Source: Tubiluchus corallicola (lineage: Eukaryota; Animalia; Priapulida). Taken from it: a stretch of 64,000 bases of DNA. The stretch spans positions 558,001 through 622,000 of the forward strand of contig JAQGDQ010000043.1 in assembly GCA_030141605.1 (NCBI GenBank). The letters run 5' to 3'. Shown here one piece after another: positions 36,786-51,062 of this stretch. The position numbers were made by a program, and so were the translations under genes. Position 1 is the stretch's first letter. Each line of letters starts with the position of its first letter. Under the pieces are notes generated by a model, which was given only the letters and a program-made list of their open reading frames with translations, was not told the DNA's origin and did not search any database.

Positions 36786-39185
36786 GTTAGTAAATGGAAA
36801 TATTTGATTGTAAATTATGTGAGTAAATTAAGTGCACTCATATGTGTATTTAAAATGATTTTAAAGTTGATTTATGCTTGCAGAAAACCTGCATTCCTAT
36901 TCTTAACGGTTATTAAAATTTAATTTTTTAATGAAATGTATGTGTGGCTGAGTACAAACTGAAACCCTGCTGCAGAATGCTCTTTAAAGACCAAACTTGT
37001 TGCTGACAATAGATGGCAAAACTTGAAAAATAAGGCATGTGATAGTGTGATTTGTTTACAAATACTGTTTTAAAGATGCAATTCTTACAAACTAGATACT
37101 TGTACAATGGTATTCATCACTACGTTATCAACTTTATGGATCTTTAAACAACTATCCGTATCTCTATGTTTAAATACATGCTATTTGTTATCCTAAGCTA
37201 TAATTTCAGAGATTGGTGAAAAAGAGCATACGCTTGGATTGTGAGAACAATTCGTTTATGTCATGTAAATAATTATAATCGTGTCTTGTAATTAATTATA
37301 ATCGGGTGAGATAAGAGTCTGATTAAAAACCTGTTTAATGTTCCTAGTAGAATCAAAATAAAGTATTGATTTCAGAAATAAAGTATTTTACCCATTTGCC
37401 GTTCCTTATGCTTATCTGCAGTAAATCAAGAACTGTTACGAAGTACATGTGTTACTATCTAATGAATGAACATTATTTTTTATTTTAAATGCGTCAAACA
37501 TTTTGTACAATGTTCTTTAATACAGTTAAGTCAGTAGCGTAGCTGCAAATTCTGTCAAAACAATTATTTTACTGTGGGTAAGAAATAGTCACCCTGTAAC
37601 ACGTTAAATGCCCTTTATGGGCCTCATCAGCTGAAAATTACAGATAACGTGTTAACAGTATGTAGAAGTGTGCAAACGAAGATTAAAAACAAAAACAGTA
37701 TCCAAATATTCTCGATTTAAAAAAATCAAGAAAGAGTAATAACAGCTGCATAGACCAAAAGAACCGAAGCACCATGTTACTGGCTTTTGCCAGAAAAAAG
37801 TTAATTAAAGTAGGCAAAATAGAATATTGCTTAAAAAGAAAAGAATATTGATATACCAAGATAGACTTGTGCTGCTAGCTTAATGTAGAAAGTTAAGTTT
37901 TACAAAGTTTGGAGTTTATAAGCACTGTGCAGATATAAATAACTATAGTGTGTTACTGTGAGCGGTACATGAAATTGATTTTCATGTGGTGAGTTGCACT
38001 AATGCGTAATTCAGAGAAGGGATATTAACATGTGTGCACTAAGCAAATAAATTAAAATTACAGAGACTGAAAAAGTAAGGATTATAATACAACATTTGAG
38101 TAAAAATTCAAATGAAATAAAATTGCTAAATAATCTATTGTGAGACTGTAATTCTTCATGATAAGTCTCCAGAGAGCTCTAGTATTTTACTGACCCTGTA
38201 ACACACCATGGTGATGCCATTTATTTTTTCTATGACTCCTTAAGCTTCTAGCATGGTAGTTATCTACATACCAACAAATAAAATTTGTCAGTCTGGCACT
38301 TGAAAAAAGTTTATTCTGATATGATAAAATTTTGCGTGACTAATAACCTCATTGCCAAATAAATGTTTAGCCATCAATATAGTTTTTCTTCAGTATTGTT
38401 TTAGTTTTAGCTGACGTAACAGTATTTAAAAATTTGTAGTTATAATAGCATTGAAACTTTTTGCAGTCTTTTTTGACACTAACAGTAATTTTCATTATAA
38501 TGGTCAAATTGGGCATTTTGTTTTCCATTTTGTATCAGCCTTCACAAGACTATTCTGCACTCTTAATTTCTCAGTTAATCTTGAAGTATATATTATTTAT
38601 TTCTATATTTATATATATATATATTTGTATAATGTAATATATAATATATGTAATACATATATTATTTCACCTTATTACTCTTGTGTAATTGTCTCTTTAT
38701 TTCCATTTCATCATGTTGTCAACTTTCCGTCATCATCATTAATTTTCAACCTCATTTGCTTGTTCACATCCGCTCTTTTCATTTTTTAAATGTAGGTATT
38801 ACACGAAGTTTAACAATCAAGGCATTTTTACAAGCTTGGCTTCCTTAATGCCCTGCAATGCAATTGAGTCATTTAACTAGGCATCTAATTAAGTATTTTT
38901 TCAAAATTTGCTTCTTATTGGGTTTTTCACTTCTTGCTAGCTATTGTATTATTGATTTTTTTTATATTTAGTGTGTGTATGTATGTACATGTGTTGATGT
39001 AAACTAATCAATTATTTTGGAAAGTCTTGAAAATATTATTATTCTCAGTCATTCATAATGAATCTAACAAACCAAAAGTTAAGACTGCTGGAAATGAGTT
39101 AAACTGATTTGGTGTTTCGATTTCCTATTTTCTCATTAATTTATACGATGAATTTATCGATATGTGCACGTTTTTGGGCAGTTAC

Positions 39186-39514
39186 CGGGGGTGAGCATCG
39201 AGCGTTCGAATTCGATTCGAACGTAAAACTATAGATTCGAATAATTCAGTGCTTCAATCAAATACGTTCTTTAACATTAATGCGATTGAAACTTTATGCT
39301 ATTAGCATAATTTAGCTGTGATTTTTGTGCACAATTTTAAACAAATTATTAGTGGTTTTACTGCAGAACATGCATGACCAGTGTAAGACTAATTTTTACT
39401 GGTGGTTCAAAAATCCTTCAATCTCAATTCGATTCGAATTCGAAATACTGAATTTCGGTTCGATTCGAAAGTCATTAATTCGATTCGCTTTCTGGTAGAG
39501 ATTGCTCACCCCGA
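39186..39514. mobile_element. hAT-type MITE with TTCGA subterminal repeats
   Basis: TIRs GGGGTGAGCA and TGCTCACCCC; 8-bp TSD GCAGTTAC/GCAGTCAT. Confidence 0.8.
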
Positions 39515-41962
39515 GCAGTCATTTGAATGGAGCTGGCACTATGGCTAACATAACAGGACTGTTTATGAAGCTGGCCAAATGACGTTAAGATTTATGCTAT
39601 TGCCATCCTTTTTATCATCTTTGCTATTCCAGTGAAGGTAGCTCTTCAACAAGCCATAGAACCAGCTAAAAAAACCTGCAGGAGGACAAATGTTAACATA
39701 TTTAGATTTTGCACAGAAAGATTTAAACACTTTAGCATTGATCCTTAGAAATAAATGCACTTGGGGCATTGCGGCGAGCAGGTAGTCCTGGCATAGGGTG
39801 GTGAACAGAAGCATGTCCCTGGACGTATGATTCAATGGATGATGCTTTCAGCAGAAAAAAATATAACGTTTGCGTGAAAAACAGTGTTTAGTTTTGTTTA
39901 GTTCATTTCTCACAAAAGCATTGTGCATATAACGATACGTATAGAGCCACAACAAACCAAAGAAACTAACATTCCCTACAATTGAGATGCTTTAGCGTGT
40001 GACTGCACTTGAAAGAAAATCGTAAGTCTAACATTGGTAGTGAGAAGAGGTTAAGCAAGGCATAAAATTAGGGTGTGCATAGAAAACAATACATATGGGT
40101 ATAGGTTAGTCAAGGGAGCATGAATAACATAATGTAAAATTGTCTAATGAATAATGTTTGAACTTGACTTGGGTTCCCTACGATCATCCAATAAATTTGA
40201 TTCATTTGCTCACGATGTCAACAGAATTGGCTTTCTAATTCTCAATAGTTTACTACAGCTACAGACATTATGTGGGATTTTCATTAGTTTGGCATCCCTT
40301 GTACTGCCTTTTAATATGTCACAGCTGCGTCCCAGTCAAATAGGTCAGACAATACCTTACCTTACCGTATGTTAACTATGTTAACTTATAAGTTATATTG
40401 CCTTGGCAAAGTAATCTTCTAGCCAAATCGTACATGTATATATATATATATTCGTATCCTCAAAGGAGGCCTTGTAATTGTAGACTATCTCTTTTCCAGC
40501 TCAGTGCTTCTCTTAAATACATCTACAGTATATGATGCCAGGAGGTGGGCAAGTGCAAACGTCCATTATAGTTTTGAAATAAACATATAGCAGCCTGAGA
40601 CCTTGATCACATATTATTTTTTTACTTCTGAGGTTTTTTCAATGATTTCTAGCTGTTCTAGTGGAACTCCAACACTGCTACATCAGTGCAAGGAATTAGA
40701 GTGAGAGAGAAAGAGAGATTCAATTTATTTGTCTCATTTCACACAAGTTATAATGCAATATATTTTGTGCACAGTTTATTACAACTGTTATTGAGATGGT
40801 GTGACAAGGCAAAACATCAGGTGTAGATGCTTGGTGATAATGGAAAATTTTGCCAAAAACTACAGATGCAGATACTATTTATTATACTTATGAGACAAAA
40901 GAAATTGTATCTGTATCCGTGTGCTAAATGAAATGTGGACACAAAAAATGTTTGACCAGGGGCCTCCACTGGGAACCATTTTTGGCCAAAAAATAATGAC
41001 TTTGTGACAGAATGAGCATTTTAGGATGACCTTCTGACAAGATCCCCAAGGTGTCACACATGAGAGTCAGGGAACTACAGAATCATTGATGATTGCTATT
41101 ATATTATAATCAATATTGATATTAAACATGTCTTTGATATGGTTGCAGCTTCCTCTTTGTTGAACATTTTTACACTTGATAATTATCTGTTTATTTGGGT
41201 CTTGGTGTTCAAATTGTTTCAGTTTTTCAGAGGGAAATAACTACTCTGTAATATCACTTTATAACAATTTACTATGATCATGCATTAGCAAGTAGCTGTA
41301 CAAACATTTGTGTTTCTAACTCATTCCACTCAAAAGAACTACAAACTTTCAAGGCAACGTATCATTTACACAACAAATAGAGACACCATGCTCATCAAGA
41401 AATGACAGGGATTGTGGTTTGCTGTTTTGCTCTACTTTTAAGGCCAAGTGCGGTCAGATGTAAGCAAAGTTGATGTTATAAAAGGGTGTATTGTAACGAG
41501 GCTTAATTGTAGTATGCTTGTGGGCTCTTACAGTTTGGAGAGAAGTTCAGTTTTGTATTATTGTTGTTCATAACATACGTCTCATATTTGCATACACATG
41601 TATATATTAACGCAATTCGTTACAATGCAAACTCGCTTAACGCCAACTTTATTTGCAGTGCAAAATTAGGCAGTACAAAGAAGTTTGACTGTATAAACAG
41701 CACACCAATGTCATTCATTCAACTCCTTTCCATTTTTATTTCTCTTCGCTTTTCCTCTGTCTTATTCTATTACTTTATCTTACTATTCTCTGTTTTTCTA
41801 TAATTCTTTCTTTTGTTAGCTTTCCAGTTTTTTCCCACTTTTCATTGTGGTTTCACAAGCTTTGCTTCTATGCCACCATACAGCATATATTTCTGGTTGA
41901 TAACGTATTATGTAGTTTAGTAACTATATTGATATTTTTCTTCGACAACTATTATAATTATA

Positions 41963-42565
41963 TAGTCAACCTCGGGTATAAGGTACTCGCTTATAAGGGA
42001 CCACCATCACTGGTCCCGATTCTTTGTAACGTTTTTCCTATGTAAAAATCTTCATATATAAGGGACTTTCGGTTATAAGGGACGATATCTTTAGGTCCTG
42101 CATAATAGAAACCCAGGTAAATTATCTCGCATATAAGGGACCCTATGACCAAATATTTTTTGCATCCTAAAAAGCTTATGCCGAGATCCCGCGCAGGCCC
42201 GACTGTATTTCCTTGAACTAGTAGTAGTATGCTTCGAATAGTTTGTGGCGATTTTGGTTATAAACATTTGCATAAACATTATTAGCATAACTACAAATAG
42301 TAAAATGGCTTGTAATTGAGATGAGTATGAATAAACATCGATTTTTGTGTTCAGTTCAAGACGATTGGATGTGTTTGCATTAAATCGGTATATTACATAC
42401 ATTGCGACAAATGGTTCATTGGGCATTAGGCTACTAGATAAGGTATATTGAGCTTGCAGGTCTAGATACGCCCTCGGTCTGACTCAACTTCGGCTATAAG
42501 AGACAGCGGATATAAGGGACGGTTTTTTCCGGTCCCAAGGTCTCCCTTATATCCGAGGCTGACTG
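41963..42565. mobile_element. pogo/Tigger-like MITE
   Basis: TIRs AGTCAACCTCGG.TATAAGG and CCTTATATCCGAGGCTGACTG, with repeated internal TATAAGGGA motifs. Confidence 0.85.
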
Positions 42566-42810
42566 CATTTGCATTTTTCCCTAACTATATTACACAAGAG
42601 CATACCAATATAATTTTGTTACAATCATTATAACTATATTTGATTTATAATGGATAATAGTTATAATGTGATAATGCAAATTGTAATGTAAAATTATGCT
42701 GAAGTGCATAGTAAATTACAAATTGCTTGTATTGAAACTGTTTTGTAGATATTTTTATTTGATTTATTTAACAAAGGAAATTAATGTTTTCATAAATTTT
42801 ATTAGACGAA

Positions 42811-45800
42811 ATGGGCATTCGAGTTCTACGTGTATTGGGAAGCATTGTTGGCAGTGGTACTATAGTAGCAGTAGCAGCATGGAAGTTCAGTGATGGAAAA
42901 AACAGAGTGGTGCATGCTTCTTGGACAACAAATTTTGTACCTAGTGTTGCATGGGATTACAACTGGGACAGGTAGGTGTATTGTTAGATTAAACAAAGAA
43001 AAAAATCAATTTTGTAAGTGAAACTGATAGAAGTCTTACTTTGCAGTTAGTCCACCCCATAGGAATTTTAGAGTTAATGCCACAAGCCACTTGAACCATT
43101 TAATATAGTCACTTGAATAGACATTTCATAAACTTGGCCCACGCTTTGGCAGGAATTTTAGAAAGAGTACAAAACGATAGACCATTAGCTTGCCAAAGCA
43201 ATCCCGCACTTCAGTTATAGGTAGCTGTGGGATGATACCAGAACTGGGCTTGCCAATTCCAATTTTTACAATGAGAATTGGAAACTGAGTTTTAGTCAAT
43301 TGTCGATATTGATACATAACCGATAACACTAATATGGTAATAAGATATTATACTGTTGAGCAAGTACCTGTAAATGTATATGTATGCATATATGTGTGTG
43401 TATAAGTATGTGTACATATGTGTGTATGTATATATATGTACGAATATGTGTGTGTGTGTGTATGTATGTGTACATGTATGTATATGTATATATGTGTGTG
43501 TGTGTGTGTGTGTGTGCGTGCGTGCGGGCCGGTGGGCGGGCGTGTGTGCGTGTGTGTGTGTATGTATGTATACATATATATACATCTGCGCGTGTGTGTG
43601 TGTGTGTGTGTATGTGTGTGTGTGTGAACCAAAGCCACATGGGTGCTGATAATGCATTACATGGATTTGCTATCCTATTCCTAAAAATAAAAATATGCTT
43701 GCTTGCCTGCTTGAATATATTTGCTATATTTATGATTATATTTGCTTTTATTTTGTTTGCTTTTCATTCAATAGCTGCATTTATAAATTGACTGCATTGC
43801 TTGCTTTTTGTGTACATTTGTCACATTATGATTACTAATTGTTTTTGTTCACCTATTACATTTAAGATTTACTGCACAAATTTTCTTCCTTTTGTTTTTT
43901 TTTCATTTGCTGCATTTTAGTTCACTCGCTGCATTTATGATTTAACCAGATTGCTTGCTTTTTTGTTGTTGCATTCATGACTTGTTCAGTTGTTGTTTTA
44001 ATTTTTAATTGCATTATTTGCTTGCTTTTTTCCATTGGTATAATTATAATATAACTGCTTGGTATTTTGTTTATTTGCTACACTTAAGACCTAACCACGT
44101 ATGTATTCACTTAACCATGTAGTCTGCCATGCTTTATGATATTTCTAAGTTATATAGGGGTGATCTCGATGACTCGATGACCTCCTGGTCTTTACATCCA
44201 TCTCTACATACTTTACACAATTTGTTGTATTTGCGCTATAAATATTATACTAGAGATGAATAAACTTTTGAATTGAATTGAACTGAATACTTTTATAGTT
44301 TTGAAAAATAACGCATATAGACTTACCGTGTATTACAAGCAGTTTAACAGTGGCAATTTCACTTGCTTTATTCTTTATAGTCTATTAACTGTTTTAAAAA
44401 ATATAATAGACACGAATCCTGTTGGACCCTAGCTTTACCATCACAGTTTGGCTGATGCTGGTAGAAGTCAACTGAAAGGACATCATAACTTGAACCATGA
44501 GAACCATGTCAACAAATTATTTAAGGCAAGATGACCAAATTTTTCGCATCCTTCTGGATTATCATTTTACACCATTTTGAAAAATTCCTGCCAGAGGGTG
44601 CAACCACATTTATCGAATGTCTACCCAAGTATTAAAGCATGGTTGGTATGTCAGCTTGAAAAATCACATAGGACTCTTATCTGGGCATGGACAAGACAAA
44701 ACGTAATGTAACTGTTACAGGACGATATGATTCGTAGTTCCTTGTCTCTATTCAATTTTTAGGGAAACAAAGGCAAGATTTATTTACCGTCGCTCATTTA
44801 ACAGACAACACTACCACTAACGGCTATTTGGCAACTTATACTTATGCAACATGCAAATAATGAATAACATGTAGGGTATATGCCCTGGCATTGGCAGTCG
44901 CTAGCATTGAACTCAAGACAGCGTGGCTGCAGTCCAAAATCTAAACCACTTGGCCATTGTTGTGTAATCAGCAAATAATTATTGACCTTTAAAATCTATC
45001 ACTTTGCAGAAGAAATTTGTCTAGCACTGTAAAGCCAGTAGATCGTAGAGACATTAGCGGTGTTACTGATGAAAATGCAAATGTTATTAAGGACGTACCA
45101 AAACCAACAGCTTCACGCCATCTTATACTCATTCGTCATGGTCAGTATGAAATGAATGGTAGAACTGATGCAGAGAGAACTCTGACTCCCTTAGGTAAGA
45201 TCACTAACTGATGATAGGTGTTCGTTTGCACTTCTGTAGCATTATATCTCTTGCAACTTAAATGGCATCAGGATGATTTTTCATATCCTGCTCTATTTTG
45301 AAGTATGGTAAAAACTAACAACTATACACTTTAACACCTGCAATAATGCCGAAGTGCTTCTGATAATTAAAAATACTTTAAAAACAGCTGGTGAATGCGC
45401 CAAGTGGCGACATCAGAATTGAACATAATTTTGTTCCGTTTTTTGTTTGTTGTTTTGTTTTTGTTGTTTAGTTCATTGTTGATTAGGAAATTTTATTTTT
45501 TTCTAGGTAAAGAACAAGCTGATGCAACAGGTTTGCGACTAAAGCAGTTAGGCTTTCATTATTCCACCATTTACCACTCAACTATGAAGAGAGCGGAGGA
45601 AACTGCTAAAATTATTAGTCAGCATTTACCAGATGTACCATTAGAAAGTTGTGAATTATGCAGAGAGGGTGCACCAATACCTCCTGAGCCTCCCGTTGGA
45701 CATTGGAGACCCGAAGCACAGGTATTCAGTTTGTTAAATACTGTTTGCCAGTATTGTTTTAGTGTTGCTGAAGAGGCATAACTGCAATGACATACATTCG

Positions 45801-47821
45801 TGTTTTCCTGCATATTTTATGTCAAACCGTTTCCACATGACACAGCCGTCATTTAAACCTATCCTCGCTAGGACGATACCTCGTGCATTCAAGTGTTTCA
45901 CCCTTGAAGCAACCACGTCAACATATTGCCCGCAGTTCTTAAATTAAGCCTCTTTCTTTTTTCTGCTCTTTTTTATATAGTTTTTTCTTTTTACAGCCTG
46001 TAGTTAGAGTGACATCATCTTATTACATTCTGCTGAAGATATTCCCCGTTTACACAGAGCCGGGTAATTGTCACATTAATGTTCACTTGTCGACAGATAA
46101 AAATTAGGGTATAAAGCTAGAAGAAGGTAATGCAGTGGTAGAAAAAAGCCTGATAAAGTGCTCCAGTCATTGAAAGAAAAGGTTGATGGTGAGAAGCGGT
46201 GCTGCCTGAATATGGTTAGCTCAATAAATTTATAGACTAACAGAGAAGCCTGACCAGAATGAATGGCATAGTGGCCTATTCAGAGTCAGTTAGGCAGAAC
46301 GCCATATTTTATGGCCTAACCATTATTCATAGAAAACAGTTGCATGTTCACTCATTAGCAAAGAGCAACTTGTTTACCAAGGCAGGTCCAGGCAACCGAA
46401 GTTGTTATTATTAGAAAATAGACACCATGCCTCGACGATACGAATATACTGGCACATTTTCCGACAATAGCTTCTTACAGCCTGTAGCACAGGCAAGGCT
46501 CAATTTGTGGCTAACAAACAATACAAAATTTTTTTATAATTTGACCAACATATTTTGTAGTAGAATCCCTTTTGTCGGCGTTTCTTATAACTGGAATTGC
46601 TTGAAAATAGACAAACATGAAATTTCATACCAATACAGGGTCTATGTAATGCCTTGTTTTAATAATGCCCTACATTTGTTGAAACTTCTGTTGATTTTGA
46701 GCTAGTAGTGATAGTAATAATGTAGCATCACAATTGTGATGTTTTTGTGATTTCAGCAGTTTTTTGAAGATGGAGCTAGGATAGAAGCAGCATTCCGAAA
46801 GTATTTTCATAGGGCAGATGTAGCACAAACACAAGATAGCTATAACATTATAGTATGCCATGCAAATGTTATTCGCTATTGGATATGCAGGTGAGGTATT
46901 AATGTATTCTAACTAGCACCTACATAACTAAAGTAATAATTATATCCTCCTAACAGTTTTCTGACAGGTCACATTAAAATTCAATTGATACCTGTTTAAA
47001 ATATTATCATTGTACAATACATTCAGATATAGCTAATAGTTCTTTCAAATGCCACGTAAATGTGTTATTGCAGTTAATTGACTATTCGTTCTGCAGTGAC
47101 GAGATGCCCTACTTAAAGCTTCGTGTTTATGTTATTGTATATTAGCATTGTAAATGTATTACTTGTATGCATGGAAATACGTAAGTAAATGTATACCTTA
47201 CTTCAGCAAAATGTGTACTGTCATACCAAACTTCTTGTATATGCAAAAAATTGTAACAGGTGTCATGTTTAATGCTCATTGTCATAGTGCCATACTTTCG
47301 TATTAATATACTTTTGCTGTTTAAAAACTGAATATGTGTCCATACAACATTCTGGTTTAAATAATGTCATGAAATTATTACAATAAGTATAATTATTACA
47401 TATTTTAAATGTTACAGATAGCAGGTAAAATTAAAAAATTTTGGAAATCAAACGTCAAAACTCTTGTGAACAAAAGCTGTGTAAAATGAATGTTGTCTAC
47501 ATAGGCACATAAATAAAACTATAATATAAAAATTTTTACCTGTAAATTCAACTGATTTTCATCATTTAAAAGCCCTGTAATTGCTTTCCAATTGTTTTTC
47601 TATGATCATTGTTCTGTATGCCTGGTATTTATATACCTTGGCACTAGTGATCATCCTTTGTTTTTTTCAGAGTGTTGCAATTCCCTCCAGAGGCGTGGCT
47701 TCGTCTTAGCCTAAATAACTGTAGTTTGACATGGGTTTGCATCAGGCCTAGTGGCCGAGTGACACTGAGATCTTTAAGTGATTCTGGACATATGTCTGTT
47801 GGCATGGTAACAGCCAGCTGA
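42811..47821 (+). CDS. PGAM5: Mitochondrial Ser/Thr protein phosphatase PGAM5; exons 42811-42971, 45010-45194, 45507-45721, 46757-46890, 47671-47821
   Basis: Phase-consistent GT-AG exons. N-terminal TM segment, WDYNWD motif, [46 protein letters not shown]. Confidence 0.96.
43375..43626. repeat. (GT)n/(AT)n compound microsatellite in a PGAM5 intron
   Basis: Direct reading. Confidence 0.95.
44860..44956 (-). mobile_element. tRNA-derived SINE head
   Basis: Minus strand has A-box TGGCCAAGTGG and B-box-like GAGTTCAATGC at tRNA-like spacing. Confidence 0.55.
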
Positions 47822-47981
47822 GGCACAACTGTCATCATACTAAAGCACTTCCCACAGTGTAAAAATCTCTGTACCTTGTTAACATAATTGAAGATCTAAT
47901 TATTATTTAGCTGTGTAAAATCACCTGATTTTGTCACACTGTTTTAATAAGGTACTCATGTATAAGCAAGGCAATCTGCAA

Positions 47982-48458
47982 CAGGGCCAATGCTAGGAAG
48001 TGCGGGGCCTAATTAGAAAATTGTTAGTGGGGTCCCTTACCATACAAAGCTGAAGCTTGATGTTTTATGCTTTATGCCTCAGCCAAAAAAGCATTGGGGG
48101 CTGGAGTCACTGCCATTAGCCACAATGATATAATAAAAATTGAAAGGCCTCAGTGATTTAATGTTTATTACAAGTCAAGATTATTACTGACATTATGTTT
48201 ATGCACAGGCCTTCAGAAAACAGACTTTTCTGGTTTTTTATCTGAGAAATCTTTTAAGATCATTTCAACAGTCAAATCTGTAGATAGCAACGCCAAATTA
48301 TTTTGTCTCTTGTTAAATTGTTGAGCGTATCGAGAAACTTCGTGCTCATTGGATGCTTATTAATTCATCATATCATCCTCTGCTTGAGTGTGTGCACGTA
48401 GTCTTGCCGCAAGGCTCATTTTGAACTAATTTGTCTTATTGGCTTAAAACCGGCCCTG
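47982..48458. mobile_element. hAT-type MITE just downstream of the PGAM5 stop
   Basis: TIRs CAGGGCC and GGCCCTG with a perfect 8-bp TSD ATCTGCAA (47974-47981, 48459-48466). Confidence 0.9.
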
Positions 48459-49360
48459 ATCTGCAACAAGTAACAGACATATGTATGATGATTGCTCAAA
48501 TGGCCTATGTTTGTTTTGTGATATGTTACTGAAGCTTACTGTGTTGAAATTCTTTTTCATATCAGATGGCACAAAAAAACTTGCTGTAGTTTTGCTCACG
48601 ATATCATAAGAAAAAAGCAAAGTTGTTTGAAAATTACTATACCGATATTGTACACAACACATGTATATATAATCTTAGGTGATTCCCTTAGATTTTTCCA
48701 AAAATACAAAAGCTTTGAATCAAGTAAAAAAGGTAAAATAAATGCCGGAAACTATTTCGTATCTCTATTGCTAAAATTTACTGCAAGTACGCTGTGTGTC
48801 CACTATTTTGAATGCAAACTAGACAAGAGTTTTTTTCCAAAACTGACACTGTTTCGAACTTCTTTAATGGTTATTTGGTCCCAATTTTTGCCTTTATATT
48901 CTCTCTAATCCTCTTATATCCTGCTATACCCTCCTCTGTATCAAGCAGCTGTGCATCTGTCCTACACTCTTTAAGGAATCCTAGATACTATAGTCCAGAG
49001 GATTAAGTCCCATTTTTTTTCTTGATAACAAATCTTTATCAGTGCCTTATCTTTTACTGGTTGATGTTTTTATTGTTTTCCTGCTACATATTGAGTGCTT
49101 TATACTGTCTGTTTTTCAATTGGTCATTAGCTGACATTGTTTTGGCATTTAATTTTTTACAAGGCTTTTTGGCCATAACTTAAACCACTAAAAGTATAAG
49201 CTTGTAACTTCCATGACCACAAGCACAAGGTATGAATTATTCAACAATGCATTTATTACTGTAATCTGAACTTTGGGACATTTTTTCTGTGCCACTTGAT
49301 GGTTATCAGTACCATACTTGTTATTATAGCAATAGTACAAATATATTTTTTTACTATTAA

Positions 49361-50230
49361 CAGATCTTCTAACCATTTGATGTCAAAATGAGTGTGAAAA
49401 GTAGAAAGCGCAGGGGAGTGTTCAAATTATGCTCCAGAAATTTAATTTGCTTTTTTGGATATCCAAATGAGTTTGTCAAAAAATTAAGGTAATTTTTGGG
49501 TACTGCTGAGCTTTATTGTGCGGTAATTTTAGTTCAACATGTTTTATACACGTATGTAAATATGTTCTTTTGTACACATGAAAAAGCTCGATAGCACCCA
49601 AAAGTGCTTAATTTTCAATAACTGTTAAAACTCTTTAGTGTAATATACATCGAGACTCATGAACGTTACTGTATGTAGTGCACTACTAAAAATGTTGTGG
49701 TTTGTGCTAATGTCAAGTGTTTTGAAAACCTGCTTGTGAAGTTGCGGAATGTGTAAGAACTGAAATTTGATGCGTGTGACCGTGTAAGATTTAAAATGCG
49801 TGCTTAATTTTCAATAACTGTTAGAACCCTTTAGTGTAATATACCTCGAGACTCATGAACGTTACTGTGTGTAGTGCACTACTAAAAATGTTGTGGTTTG
49901 TGCTAATGTCAAGTGTTTTGAAAACCTGCTTGTGAAGTTGCGGAATGTGTAAGAACTGAAATTTGATGCGTGTGACCGTGTAAGATTTAAAATGCGTGCT
50001 TAATTTTCAATAACTGTTAAAACCCTTTAGTGTAATATACATCGAGACTCATGAACGTTACTGTATGTAGTGCACTACTAAAAATGTTGTGGTTTGTGCT
50101 AATGTCAAGTGTTTTGAAAACCTGCTTGTGAAGTTGCGGAATGTGTAAGAACTGAAATTGGATGCGTGTGACCGTGTAAGATTTAAAATGTGTGCGACAC
50201 GCGCCTAATGTGTGAGAGTTGACAGGTCTG
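49361..50230. mobile_element. Non-autonomous DNA transposon (hAT-like) with an internal tandem triplication
   Basis: TIRs CAGATCTTCTAAC and GTTGACAGGTCTG, with TATTAA on both flanks. Confidence 0.7.
49604..50194. repeat. 3 x 196-bp near-identical tandem repeat
   Basis: Units start at about 49604, 49800 and 49996 and differ by only a few substitutions. Confidence 0.95.
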
Positions 50231-51062
50231 TATTAATGTGCAAATTTGTTCAAATAAGTCAAGATTTTCATTGTATATTGTTTGATTTTGATATTACCAT
50301 TTGGTTTCATACATAACAAATTCACAATAAAATGTTTAATGTTACACCAAACTGATATACATCTCACCTATTTAGTCGTACATTATAATTTTTGTATTAA
50401 ATAAAACTCACAAATTAACTTTTTTGTACAGCATTTCTTTTTTTGTTCATGTGAACATACTAGAAAAATTATCGTGTTTAATTTTCTTATTTGCTGGAGA
50501 AATTGTTTTACTTACTATTATGCTTAGCTCTTTTTACTGCAATGGTTGGGTGGACATTTCATTGTGGTAAACACATAGTAGTGTTACTATTAAATGGACT
50601 GTGGCTCTGTGAGAGTTGAAAAATTCTTGCAGAATAGCATAGCTAGATGCTTTTTTGGGTTTAATGAGACATGATCAATTCCTAAACATCACATTAAAAA
50701 ACATTACTGTAATTAGCTGGTAAGCAAGGCAGTTTATTACTTTGAAACATGGCTTTGAGCTTCTTATCTTCACACAAGCAAACATCTTTAATGCTTTCAT
50801 CAAGCAAAACGATTGCTGTCAATCAATTTTATCACTGTTAAAACGAATTCTCTCGCTATAATATTATTAAGAAACAACTTACTGATTTATTTGCATTTGT
50901 AACTCTATTTCAGTAAAGAAATATAAGAAAATAGTTTTCTTCATCATGATAAAAATTCCTTTATTAACTGTTTACACATAGCTAAAATTTTTACATCCTT
51001 CTAGTATTGTTAAAATTTTAACTTGTTTACACAATATGAAGAAAATTTTGGTACAAAAATGC

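Noticed and set aside
43292-43791. His/Thr-rich and Cys/Val-rich ORFs
   Set aside because: Artefacts of (GT)n/(AT)n in a PGAM5 intron.
46754-46759. NAGNAG acceptor in PGAM5
   Set aside because: Real but commonplace; changes one residue at most.
49604-50194. CRISPR-like array
   Set aside because: Contiguous 196-bp units without unique spacers, in a eukaryotic context with no cas genes.
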